A stretch of 64,000 nt of DNA from Candidatus Staskawiczbacteria bacterium RIFOXYB1_FULL_38_37 (GTDB lineage: Bacteria; Patescibacteriota; Minisyncoccia; Minisyncoccales; Staskawiczbacteraceae). Under the pieces are notes generated by a model. That model was not told the origin of the DNA, searched no databases, and saw only the letters and a list, made by a program, of their open reading frames with translations. This document shows, piece after piece, positions 1 to 7,760 of the stretch. The stretch is taken from positions 5,975 to 69,974 of the forward strand of contig MHPK01000007.1 of assembly GCA_001822075.1 (NCBI GenBank). The letters are read 5' to 3'. Every line of letters begins with the position of its first letter. Positions within the stretch are counted from its first letter, which is position 1. The position numbers and the translations under genes were made by a program.

Positions 1-51
1 CAGGACTTCGGCGAGGCAAAGGACGCCTGGAGAAATTTGGATAATGTATAA
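1..51 (+). CDS. 3' end of a CDS entering from upstream (...QDFGEAKDAWRNLDNV*)
   Basis: Frame 1 is open from the window edge to TAA 49-51. It carries a copy of the FGEAK-coding GC-rich repeat (nt 6-23). Confidence 0.4.
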   Translation, partial: QDFGEAKDAWRNLDNV

Positions 52-199
52 AGACGTAAAACGTAATGGCGCCCAAGAAAGAAAAATAATTTCGGCATGG
101 CGGTATCCTGGAGTTTCAAAGCATGGCGATGAAATTCCAATTCCAGAAGATATCCGCCAAGAATTATTATTAAACAACAATAATTATGATTTTAACTAA
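44..199 (+). CDS. small ORF, 51 aa (MYKDVKRNGAQERKIISAWRYPGVSKHGDEIPIPEDIRQELLLNNNNYDFN)
   Basis: ATG 44 overlaps the upstream stop (ATGTATAA), and its TAA 197-199 overlaps the ATG at 186. It is below the ORF-track length cutoff and I recognise no family. Confidence 0.25.
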   Translation: MYKDVKRNGAQERKIISAWRYPGVSKHGDEIPIPEDIRQELLLNNNNYDFN

Positions 200-515
200 A
201 ATATTAGGATACATTTTAATTGCAGCCGGCCTGGCAGCAATAATTATTACTTGTTTTTACTCTTATAATATTTATATGGGCAAGACGTCAGCGCCCATTA
301 TTTTTCAAATTCCAGTTTCTGTTGAAACATCTTCTTCTGACTCTCAAGGCTTGCAGGGCCAGATTGAGCAAACAGTGCAAAAGCAGCTGAGCCAGATTTT
401 GCCGCCTGCCGTTTTTTCTAAAATTTTGAATCTTGCCACATGGTCGCTTTTTGCGTTTATTCTTATATTTGCAGGTGGAACAATAACTAATATTGGTGTA
501 AAATTAGTTAAATGA
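186..515 (+). CDS. hypothetical small membrane protein
   Basis: 109 aa with hydrophobic N- and C-terminal segments. Its stop overlaps the next start (ATGA at 512-515). Confidence 0.5.
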   Translation: MILTKILGYILIAAGLAAIIITCFYSYNIYMGKTSAPIIFQIPVSVETSSSDSQGLQGQIEQTVQKQLSQILPPAVFSKILNLATWSLFAFILIFAGGTITNIGVKLVK

Positions 516-901
516 AATCGTTTGAAGAGAACAATATTTTTATAGAGTGGCTTATATGGCACTTTTACCAAATGCCCGCTTTTATTTGGCAGGTTTGGAA
601 TAACTATTTTTTCTTTGCATTAAATCTTTTTTCTTTGCCCCTTCTTTTAAAAACCTTTTTTGCGCCATGGAGAAAGTACAATTGGCAATACCCGAAAGCT
701 TTTGATATTGCAGAATTCTTTAATACTCTTGTTTCAAACGTGTTCTCGCGATTTTTGGGGGCTTTGGTAAGGTCTGTTTTGATTATAATTGGAATTATTT
801 TCCAAATTTTTGTTGTGATAGCCGGCTTTGCAGTTTTTGCCAGCTGGCTTTTGCTGCCGTTTTTAATTGCGAGCGCTTTTTTATTTGCGTTTCTTTTTTA
901 A
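512..901 (+). CDS. hypothetical integral membrane protein
   Basis: 129 aa with several hydrophobic helices, tightly packed between neighbouring ORFs. Confidence 0.55.
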   Translation: MKSFEENNIFIEWLIWHFYQMPAFIWQVWNNYFFFALNLFSLPLLLKTFFAPWRKYNWQYPKAFDIAEFFNTLVSNVFSRFLGALVRSVLIIIGIIFQIFVVIAGFAVFASWLLLPFLIASAFLFAFLF

Positions 902-904
902 TAT

Positions 905-3445
905 ATGGAGTTTAGCTTTAAAAAAACAAAAATATCCAGAGATGTGAAAAGGGCAGAGTTTTTTCTGTTTAAGGCATCAAGTTTTTTATACCAGCTTTTT
1001 TTGTTCTTGCTTATTTTGTCATTCGCGCTTTTTGCGGCTTCGCTAGCCGGATTTGTTTCTGTATTTTTTGCTATAAAAGCTATTTTGCTGTCTCTGGCAT
1101 TCTGCCTTTTGTTTTGGAACTTGTATTTATTTTTTATTTTGAAGATAAACAAGCCGGAAGATTTTTCAGACATTTTTGAAGCCGTTTCAAACCCCGAGAA
1201 ATATAATTTGGCTGAATTTTTGAGCTTAGATTCGGCCAGATTTTGCATGGAAGCTTTAAAATTTTGTAAAAAAAGAAAGATTAAAACAGACTCTACGGTT
1301 CTATTTTATTTTTCCGTAAAAGAGAGCAAGGAAATTGCAATTATTTCTTTCAGGCTTGGGTTAGACATAAATAAATTAAGGTCAGACCTTAAAAACTGCA
1401 TTGAGAAAAATGAAAACGGAACTGGTTTTACAGACGACTTTATAAACACAATAAAAGACGCTCTTTTGCTGGCTAACTTTAGGGGCCATCCAAGAATTGG
1501 AGAAAAGGAAATTTTAGTGGGGCTTGCCAAGAACAACAATTTTTTTAAAAAACTTTTGATGGATTTTGACTTGAAGCAAGCCGATATTGAAAATTTGACC
1601 TTGTGGCTGGATTCAGCTGAACAAGCAATAGCTAAAAGCAAGCAGTTTTGGAACAAAGAAAACCTTGCCAGAGCGGGTTCTTTTGGAAAAGACTGGACAT
1701 CGGGGTACGTTGTAACTTTAGACCAGTTTTCTATTGACTGGCGCAGGGTTGTTTCAAAGTGGGTGTTCAGAGAGATAATAGGCCATAAAAAAGAAATAGA
1801 GGACACAGAAATGATTTTGGCAAAATCTAATTTCAGTAATGCTTTAATAGTGGGCGAGCCCGGAACAGGAAGAAAAAGCATAGTTCAGGCTTTGGCCCAA
1901 AAATGCTATTTGGGGACTTCTTTGCCGGAATTAAACAACAAAAGAGTGGTGGAGCTTGATTTGGTTTCTTTAACTGCCAGGGCGCAGGATTTTGAGGCGC
2001 TTGAAGATGCATTAGACAGAATTTTTCAGGAGGCCGCAGCCGCAGGAAACATTATTTTAGTGATAGACAACCTTGAAAATTTTGTGGGCCAAAAAATGCA
2101 AAAAGTTGGAACCGTTGATATTTCGGGCATACTTTCAAAATACTTGGCTATTCCGAATTTCCAGTTTGTTGCAATTACAACTTATGCGGGCCTGCACGAT
2201 AACATACAAAAAAACCCTTCGTTCGCTGATTTTTTTAGAAAAGTGGAAGTTTTAGAAATCACAGAAGAAGAAACAATAAGAATTTTGCAAAACGCGGCTT
2301 TGGCTATAGAGCAGAAAAATAAAATTACGGTTTTGTACCCCAGTGTGCGTGAAATTGTGAATTTAACCTCGCGCTATATGCCAAGCCTTCCTTTTCCTAA
2401 AAAAGCTTTGGATATTTTAGACGAAACGGCAGTTTATGTTGAGACACTAAAGGAAAAAGCTGTTTTGCCCCATCATGTGGCAGAAATTATTTCAAAGAAA
2501 ACAGAGATTCCCGTTGGGAAAATGGACGTGAAAGAAAAAGAGACTTTGCTTAATCTTGAAAATTTAATCCACCAAAAAATTGTAAACCAGTCAGAGGCAG
2601 TAAAAGAGGTTTCAATTGCGATGCGAAGGGCGAGGGCTGGCATAGGCCCTAAAAAAAGGCCTATGGGCTCATTTTTGTTTTTAGGCCCTACGGGAGTTGG
2701 GAAAACGGAAACCTCAAAGGCGTTGGCAGAAATTTATTTTGGAAACGTAGAAAAAATGATAAGGCTTGATATGTCTGAGTTCCAGGCAATTTCAGACATC
2801 GCAAGGCTTATAGGCGCCACCTCGCCCGTTGAAATGCAGGGGCTTTTGACAACTCCAGTGAGAGAGTCGCCGTTCTCATTGGTTTTAATGGATGAAATTG
2901 AAAAAGCGCACCCTGATATTTTAAATTTATTTTTGCAGGTTTTAGACGAGGGGCATATTACCGACGGCCATGGCAGGAAAGTTGTTTTTACAAACACAAT
3001 AATTATTTGCACTTCAAATGCGGGAGCTGGAATGATTTTCAAACAGGTTGAAGCCGGCCAGAAGCTTGATAAAGATAAAATTTTTGATGCGCTTTTTGAA
3101 AAAAATATTTTTAAACCGGAATTTATAAACCGTTTTGACGCTACTGTGCTATTTTGGCCGCTTTCAAAAGAAAACCTTTTGCAGATTGCAGGCTTAATGC
3201 TTGGGTCATTGAAAAAGAACTTGAAAGAAAAAGAAATTGAATTTGAAATCACAGAACCCTTGAAAGCAAAAATTATGTCCTTATCGTATAAGCCCGAATT
3301 CGGGGCAAGAGAAATGAGAAGGGTAATTCAAGACAATGTGGAAAATGCCATTGCTCAGGCTCTGCTTTCTGAAAAAATAAAAAAAGGAGACAAAATAGAA
3401 ATTGCCCCGGAAACCTTTGAAGTATTGTTGTGCGACAGACCATAA
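905..3445 (+). CDS. ClpA/ClpB/ClpC-family double AAA+ ATPase with N-terminal transmembrane segment
   Basis: 846 aa. The second nucleotide-binding domain (NBD2) is canonical (GPTGVGKTE, LVLMDEIEKAH, C-terminal AREMRRVIQ). The first (NBD1) has aberrant GEPGTGRKS and ILVIDNLENF motifs. About 80 hydrophobic N-terminal residues precede a Clp_N-like region. Confidence 0.85.
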   Translation: MEFSFKKTKISRDVKRAEFFLFKASSFLYQLFLFLLILSFALFAASLAGFVSVFFAIKAILLSLAFCLLFWNLYLFFILKINKPEDFSDIFEAVSNPEKYNLAEFLSLDSARFCMEALKFCKKRKIKTDSTVLFYFSVKESKEIAIISFRLGLDINKLRSDLKNCIEKNENGTGFTDDFINTIKDALLLANFRGHPRIGEKEILVGLAKNNNFFKKLLMDFDLKQADIENLTLWLDSAEQAIAKSKQFWNKENLARAGSFGKDWTSGYVVTLDQFSIDWRRVVSKWVFREIIGHKKEIEDTEMILAKSNFSNALIVGEPGTGRKSIVQALAQKCYLGTSLPELNNKRVVELDLVSLTARAQDFEALEDALDRIFQEAAAAGNIILVIDNLENFVGQKMQKVGTVDISGILSKYLAIPNFQFVAITTYAGLHDNIQKNPSFADFFRKVEVLEITEEETIRILQNAALAIEQKNKITVLYPSVREIVNLTSRYMPSLPFPKKALDILDETAVYVETLKEKAVLPHHVAEIISKKTEIPVGKMDVKEKETLLNLENLIHQKIVNQSEAVKEVSIAMRRARAGIGPKKRPMGSFLFLGPTGVGKTETSKALAEIYFGNVEKMIRLDMSEFQAISDIARLIGATSPVEMQGLLTTPVRESPFSLVLMDEIEKAHPDILNLFLQVLDEGHITDGHGRKVVFTNTIIICTSNAGAGMIFKQVEAGQKLDKDKIFDALFEKNIFKPEFINRFDATVLFWPLSKENLLQIAGLMLGSLKKNLKEKEIEFEITEPLKAKIMSLSYKPEFGAREMRRVIQDNVENAIAQALLSEKIKKGDKIEIAPETFEVLLCDRP

Positions 3446-3451
3446 AAAAAT

Positions 3452-3479
3452 TTGACAAGGCCTTTTTAAGGAGTATTAT
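3452..3479 (+). promoter_or_regulatory. sigma70-like promoter (TTGACA-16-TATTAT)
   Basis: TTGACA at 3452-3457 and TATTAT at 3474-3479, just after the clp-like stop. No annotated gene follows it. Confidence 0.45.
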
Positions 3480-3485
3480 AAAATA

Positions 3486-3629
3486 ATGGAGTTATTAAAC
3501 GATAACAACCTAAACCTCGCTTTGTTGGACAAGAAGTCTGAGGGGTTTTCATATAAATTATAAATAAAATCAGAGTTTAAAAATCAAAATCAAAATGTGA
3601 AATCCTCTCGGCGAGGATTTTTTGTTTTT
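3486..3629 (+). ncRNA. orphan promoter-to-terminator unit of about 140 nt (sRNA, or mRNA for a 25-aa sORF at 3486-3563)
   Basis: It starts just downstream of the 3452 promoter and ends at hairpin aaatcctc-tcggc-gaggattt plus a T-run (3600-3629). The sORF reads MELLNDNNLNLALLDKKSEGFSYKL. Confidence 0.3.
3600..3629 (+). terminator. rho-independent terminator
   Basis: 8-bp stem aaatcctc/gaggattt with a 5-nt loop, followed by tttttgttttt. Confidence 0.7.
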
Positions 3630-3975
3630 AGTTCGTTGATAACAAAACGGAGGTGTATCGTGTGCGAGAATCGTGAGGAAAGATTTGTTGTTCCCGTAAA
3701 ACCCAGCGCCAGAATAGGGTGGTGGATAGGATGGGTTATTTCTTCCCAACGTAATTTTTTGCGAATAAACTTGCTATGGGTCGAGAAACCGGAAAATGTG
3801 TCTGAGGTCAATATATGCTCTACTCCTGATTATGTAGAAGAATTTAACGTCATACCCCAGGCAATGGAATTTTTAAGGTCAAAGGGCGTTAAGGATTTTA
3901 ACCTTACGCCCATGGAGATAGGTTATTGAAACCTGCTCTTGATAGCCTTGCTTTTAGCGGGGCTTTTTTGTTGCC
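3630..3975 (+). other. GC-elevated, hairpin-rich region of unknown nature (candidate structured RNA; alternatively the weak 110-aa ORF 3597-3929)
   Basis: 10-bp hairpin gggcgt(t)aagg/ccttacgccc at 3883-3911. The ends can pair (gttgataac 3634-3642 with gttattga near 3922). It ends in a weak hairpin plus T-run near 3945-3970. The ORF product is W/R-rich and atypical. Confidence 0.25.
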
Positions 3976-4013
3976 TGCCTGTCGGCAGGTAGGTGCGACA
4001 ATAGTTGTGATGT

Positions 4014-4036
4014 GTGGTGTGGATAAGCGGTGGAAA
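4014..4036 (+). promoter_or_regulatory. distal cluster of GTGG boxes (possible MraZ sites)
   Basis: GTGG at 4014, 4019 (GTGGATAAG) and 4030 (GTGGAAAAG). Confidence 0.35.
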
Positions 4037-4079
4037 AGTATCTTAATTTACGACTAAAATAGCCTTAAAAACAAAAGTG

Positions 4080-4109
4080 TTGACTTGGGCCCATAAAATG
4101 GGATATAAA
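4080..4109 (+). promoter_or_regulatory. mraZ operon promoter (TTGACT-18-TATAAA)
   Basis: TTGACT at 4080-4085 and TATAAA at 4104-4109, about 75 nt upstream of the mraZ ATG. Confidence 0.6.
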
Positions 4110-4118
4110 TAAGATGAA

Positions 4119-4145
4119 GTGGATAGATGTGGATAAATGTGGGAA
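4119..4145 (+). promoter_or_regulatory. putative MraZ operator: three direct GTGG(A/G) boxes at 10-bp spacing
   Basis: GTGGATAGAT GTGGATAAAT GTGGGAA, with GTGG at 4119, 4129 and 4139, immediately downstream of the -10. Confidence 0.6.
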
Positions 4146-4184
4146 AACCCCTGAAAATAGTGAATATCTTAATTAAACAAAAAT

Positions 4185-4616
4185 ATGCTCATAGGCCAAT
4201 ATGAACACACAATCGATAGCAAAAAACGTTTAGCTCTTCCAGCTAAATTTAGGGGAGAATTAGGCGATAAAGTAATAGTCACTCGCTGGATGGAGGGTTG
4301 TCTTGCCGTATTTACAGAGAAAGAATGGAAAATAGTGTCGGATAAGATAGTGAATTTAACAATGACTCAGGCGGAAGCAAGGTCTTTCACAAGAATGATG
4401 TTAGCAGGAGCTATGGAAATTTCTTTGGATAAATTAGGCAGAATACTTGTGCCGGACTATTTAAAAGAATATGCAGATTTAAAAAAGAATGTGGTAATTT
4501 GCGGCTTGTCAAACAGGTTAGAAATCTGGGATTCTGCAAAATGGGAAACTTACAAACAGAAAGCGGAGAAAGGAGTAGATGAAATTGTTTCAAAATTAGG
4601 AGGTTTAGGAATTTAA
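4185..4616 (+). CDS. mraZ: transcriptional regulator MraZ
   Basis: 143 aa with two SpoVT/AbrB-like halves (DSKKRLALPAKFR ... DKLGRILVPDYL), positioned first in the dcw cluster. Confidence 0.95.
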   Translation: MLIGQYEHTIDSKKRLALPAKFRGELGDKVIVTRWMEGCLAVFTEKEWKIVSDKIVNLTMTQAEARSFTRMMLAGAMEISLDKLGRILVPDYLKEYADLKKNVVICGLSNRLEIWDSAKWETYKQKAEKGVDEIVSKLGGLGI

Positions 4617-4617
4617 A

Positions 4618-5502
4618 ATGATTCACATAGCAGTTCTTACAAAAGAAGTTTTAGAATATCTTTCACCGCAGAAAAATGAAAATTTTATAGACTGCACAAT
4701 AGGGGAGGGGGGCCATTCAAAATTGATTTTAGAAAAAACAGGTCCCGAAGGAAAAATTTTGGGAATTGATGCTGACGAAAATCAGATAAAAAATTGCAGA
4801 GAAATTTTGGAAAATTATAAAGAGAGATTGGTTTTAGCCAACGATTCCTATGCCAACTTGCAAAAAATTGTTGAAAAAGAGAATTTTGAAAAAATAAGCG
4901 GAATTTTGTTAGACCTGGGCTGGTCTTCAAATCAGTTGAAAGAATCAAAAAGAGGGTTTTCTTTTTTGAAAGACGAGCCGCTGGACATGAGATACAGCTT
5001 AAACCAAGAATTGACAGCAGAAAAAATTATAAACGGATATCCGCAGAAAGAAATAGAAAAAATACTGCAAGAATACGGCGAGGAAAGATATGCAAAAAAA
5101 ATAGCTGAAAATATTGCAAAAGAGAGGCGGGCTCAAAATATAAAAAGCGCATTGCAATTGGTAAAAATTATAGAAAGGTCTGCGCCTAAAAATTATCAGT
5201 ATGCAAAAATCCATTGCGCGACAAGAACATTCCAGGCATTAAGGATTGCTGTAAACAAAGAGCTGGAAAATTTAGAAAAAGTTTTACCGCAGGCAGTTTC
5301 TGTTTTAAACGGAGGCGGAAGAATAGCTGTAATTTCCTTTCATTCTTTGGAAGACAGGATAGTTAAAAATTTTTTAAAAGAAAAAGAAAACCAGAAAATT
5401 TTAAAAATATTAACAAAAAAACCCGCAGTGGGCCAAAGCGCGGAAATAAAGCAAAATCCTCGCTCAAGGTCAGCAAAGCTCCGCGCGGCAATTAAACTAT
5501 AA
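4618..5502 (+). CDS. rsmH: 16S rRNA (cytosine1402-N4)-methyltransferase RsmH/MraW
   Basis: 294 aa with the TIGEGGHS motif, DLGWSSNQL and SFHSLEDRIVK; follows mraZ. Confidence 0.95.
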   Translation: MIHIAVLTKEVLEYLSPQKNENFIDCTIGEGGHSKLILEKTGPEGKILGIDADENQIKNCREILENYKERLVLANDSYANLQKIVEKENFEKISGILLDLGWSSNQLKESKRGFSFLKDEPLDMRYSLNQELTAEKIINGYPQKEIEKILQEYGEERYAKKIAENIAKERRAQNIKSALQLVKIIERSAPKNYQYAKIHCATRTFQALRIAVNKELENLEKVLPQAVSVLNGGGRIAVISFHSLEDRIVKNFLKEKENQKILKILTKKPAVGQSAEIKQNPRSRSAKLRAAIKL

Positions 5503-5504
5503 AC

Positions 5505-5867
5505 ATGACAACAGCAGTTTTAAAGCAATTAAGGGCATATAACAAGCTTCAAGCCAAGGCAGTATCTTTTGCTATGCCAAAAATAAATTGGAAAATTTTG
5601 TCTGTATCCTTATTTTTATTATGCTTTTTGCTGCTGGTTTTTTATATTTATCAGATTATTGATTTAACAAAGATATCTTATTCTCTTAATACTTATCAAA
5701 ACAGCATTGCTAAAATTTCCAGGGAAAATAAAAATTTAGAGGTGAGCTTTGCGGAAAATAATTTTTTGGCAGAAGTTTTGCAAAAGGCGCAGGAGATCGG
5801 CTTTCAAAGAACAGCTTCAATAACTTATGTGCAAATTTTGAACAATTCTGTGGCTAAAGCAAGGTAA
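5505..5867 (+). CDS. FtsL-like cell division protein (single TM plus coiled coil)
   Basis: 120 aa with one TM helix. Its position between rsmH and ftsI matches ftsL. Sequence similarity was not assessed. Confidence 0.55.
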   Translation: MTTAVLKQLRAYNKLQAKAVSFAMPKINWKILSVSLFLLCFLLLVFYIYQIIDLTKISYSLNTYQNSIAKISRENKNLEVSFAENNFLAEVLQKAQEIGFQRTASITYVQILNNSVAKAR

Positions 5868-5874
5868 AGGCGCT

Positions 5875-7596
5875 ATGAAAATTTTTTTTAAGCACTGGCG
5901 CGTAAATTTAATCTTATTTTTAATTGTTATTGCAGGGGCAGCTATTATTGGCCGCCTGTTTTTTCTGCAAGTTTTAAACCATAAGCTTTATCAGGCTCAA
6001 GCTTTAGGCCAGCAGGCGGGCTTTAACAAAGTTGTGGGCTCAAGGGGGCAGATATTGTGCCAGAACAGCCTGCAAAGCAAGGGAGAATATAATTTAGGAG
6101 AAGCAAAAAATTTAGCGACTAACAAAGAAACGTGGATAATTTTTGCAAATTCATATGATATTGAGGACAAAGAAACGTTTGTTAAAACTTTGTCTCCGGT
6201 TATTGGCCAGACAGAAGAAGAAATACTTGCAGAAATAACCAGCGATGATTATTATGCTGTGATAGAAAAAAACGTTTCTACAGACAAACTTGATAAAATA
6301 AAAGAGCTTAATTTAAAGGGGCTATACTGGCAGAACATTCCTGAAAGATTTTACCCTCAGGGCCAAATGGCTTCTCAAGTGCTCGGATTTTTGGGCGGAG
6401 AGGGGGAGGGGCAGTACGGGCTCGAGGGCTATTATGAGGATATTCTAAAAGGCAAGGAAGGCATAAAAGAGGAAAAAAGGGGATTGGATTCTATTTTTTC
6501 AAATTTTGATAATATAACCTTGGACGGCTCTGACTTATATTTGACAATAGACTGCAATATCCAGTTTCAGGCAGAAACTCTTTTGAAAGAAGAAAAGCAA
6601 AAAAACGATATAGAGTCGGGGCAGATAATTGTTATAAAACCGGATTCCGGCAGAGTTCTGGCTATGGCGAATTATCCTTCATTTAATCCCAATGAATATT
6701 ATAAAGAAGGCAATTTAGAAATTTTCCAAAATTCAGCCACTCAAAAACTTTTTGAGCCAGGTTCCATTTTAAAGCCGTTCACAATGGCAGTTGCAATAAA
6801 TGAGGGTAAAATAACCCCTGAAACCACTTATGTTGATACGGGTTCTGTAAGCTTTGGAATAAAAACAATTCATAATTTTGCAAACGAAGTTTATGGCGAA
6901 CAGACAATGGCCCAGGTTTTGGAAAAATCAATAAATACAGGAGCTGTGTTTGCCTCTCAGCAGATTTCGCACAAAACATATTTGGATTATACAGACAAAT
7001 TCGGGTTTACAAAAAAAACAGGCATTGATTTGCAGGGAGAAGTGGCTTCTCATAATGATATTTTAAGGAATGCCTCAGATATGAACTTTGCCACAGCTTC
7101 CTTTGGGCAAGGAATTGAAATGACCCCGATACAAATTACAGCCGGATTTTCAGCTATTGCTAACGGAGGCAATCTTGTGAAACCATATATTGTTGAAAAA
7201 ATAATAAACGGGAGAGACGAAGTTAGAACAGAGCCTAATCTTTCAAGCTCGATTATTTCGCAACAAACAGCTTCTTCTGTTACTTCAATGTTAATTAATG
7301 TGGTTGAGCAAGGGTTTGGCAGCGGGGCAAAGATTCCAGGATATTATATTGCCGGCAAAACCGGAACTGCCCAAGTGCCTTTAAAAAATGGAAAAGGATA
7401 TGAAGAAGATAAAACTATTCAAAGCTTTATAGGATACGCGCCGGCCTACAATCCTCAATTTTTAATTTTGATAAAATTAGACAACCCGAAAGTTCCAAAA
7501 TCCGCGCTTTCAGCGGTCCCTGTTTTTAAAAAGCTTGCCCAGTACATAATAAATTACTGGGAAATCCCGCCAGACTACGATGCTCAAGCTAAATAG
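5875..7596 (+). CDS. ftsI: class B penicillin-binding protein (FtsI/PBP3-like transpeptidase)
   Basis: 573 aa with an N-terminal TM and the motifs SILK (SxxK), SIN (SxN) and KTGT. Confidence 0.88.
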   Translation: MKIFFKHWRVNLILFLIVIAGAAIIGRLFFLQVLNHKLYQAQALGQQAGFNKVVGSRGQILCQNSLQSKGEYNLGEAKNLATNKETWIIFANSYDIEDKETFVKTLSPVIGQTEEEILAEITSDDYYAVIEKNVSTDKLDKIKELNLKGLYWQNIPERFYPQGQMASQVLGFLGGEGEGQYGLEGYYEDILKGKEGIKEEKRGLDSIFSNFDNITLDGSDLYLTIDCNIQFQAETLLKEEKQKNDIESGQIIVIKPDSGRVLAMANYPSFNPNEYYKEGNLEIFQNSATQKLFEPGSILKPFTMAVAINEGKITPETTYVDTGSVSFGIKTIHNFANEVYGEQTMAQVLEKSINTGAVFASQQISHKTYLDYTDKFGFTKKTGIDLQGEVASHNDILRNASDMNFATASFGQGIEMTPIQITAGFSAIANGGNLVKPYIVEKIINGRDEVRTEPNLSSSIISQQTASSVTSMLINVVEQGFGSGAKIPGYYIAGKTGTAQVPLKNGKGYEEDKTIQSFIGYAPAYNPQFLILIKLDNPKVPKSALSAVPVFKKLAQYIINYWEIPPDYDAQAK

Positions 7597-7631
7597 ACAT
7601 AATAAAAATTTTGTGTTAAATTATATGTAAA

Positions 7632-7704
7632 GCTCCTATCGTCTAGTGGCCCAGGACGCGTCCCTCTCACGGACGAAACACCGGTTCGACTCCGGTTAGG
7701 AGCA
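7632..7704 (+). tRNA. tRNA-Glu (anticodon CUC)
   Basis: Acceptor GCTCCTA/TAGGAGC, anticodon arm cgtcc-CTCTCAC-ggacg, T-arm accgg-TTCGACT-ccggt. CCA is not encoded. Confidence 0.9.
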
Positions 7705-7760
7705 CAACCAAACCAGTTATCCCCATAGATGTATTTTTGAATTCAAGGTAAAATATAATA

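Noticed and set aside
1306-3252. Long antisense ORFs inside the clp-like gene (1306-1881 and 2734-3252), and similar shadows in virD4-like, dnaK, pyrG, dnaJ and ctpA
   Set aside because: They lie opposite well-supported conserved genes, have low-complexity S/F/K-rich products and no start context. They are typical shadow ORFs in AT-rich DNA.
3486-3563. tmRNA: codons resembling a proteolysis tag (…NDNNLNLALL…)
   Set aside because: No tRNA-like acceptor or T-arm (GGUUCGA..UCC...CCA) lies within several hundred nt on either side. The frame continues to ...SEGFSYKL* instead of ending in an (A/L)AA-type tag.
3597-3929. 110-aa ORF (MKSSRRGFFVFSS...) as a protein-coding gene
   Set aside because: Its alternative start lies inside the terminator hairpin at 3600-3629. 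It has no RBS and a W/R-rich N-terminal half unlike neighbouring proteins, and it overlies hairpin-rich, GC-elevated sequence. I kept it only as an alternative explanation for the region.
3630-3975. RNase P RNA, prompted by GAGGAAAG at 3675-3682 and gaaacctgctctt near 3928
   Set aside because: The bases after GAGGAAAG (AUUUGUUG) have no complementary P4 partner near the 3' end. No GGUAA/AGGGUG specificity-domain motifs are in the right order. The similarity is limited to short words.
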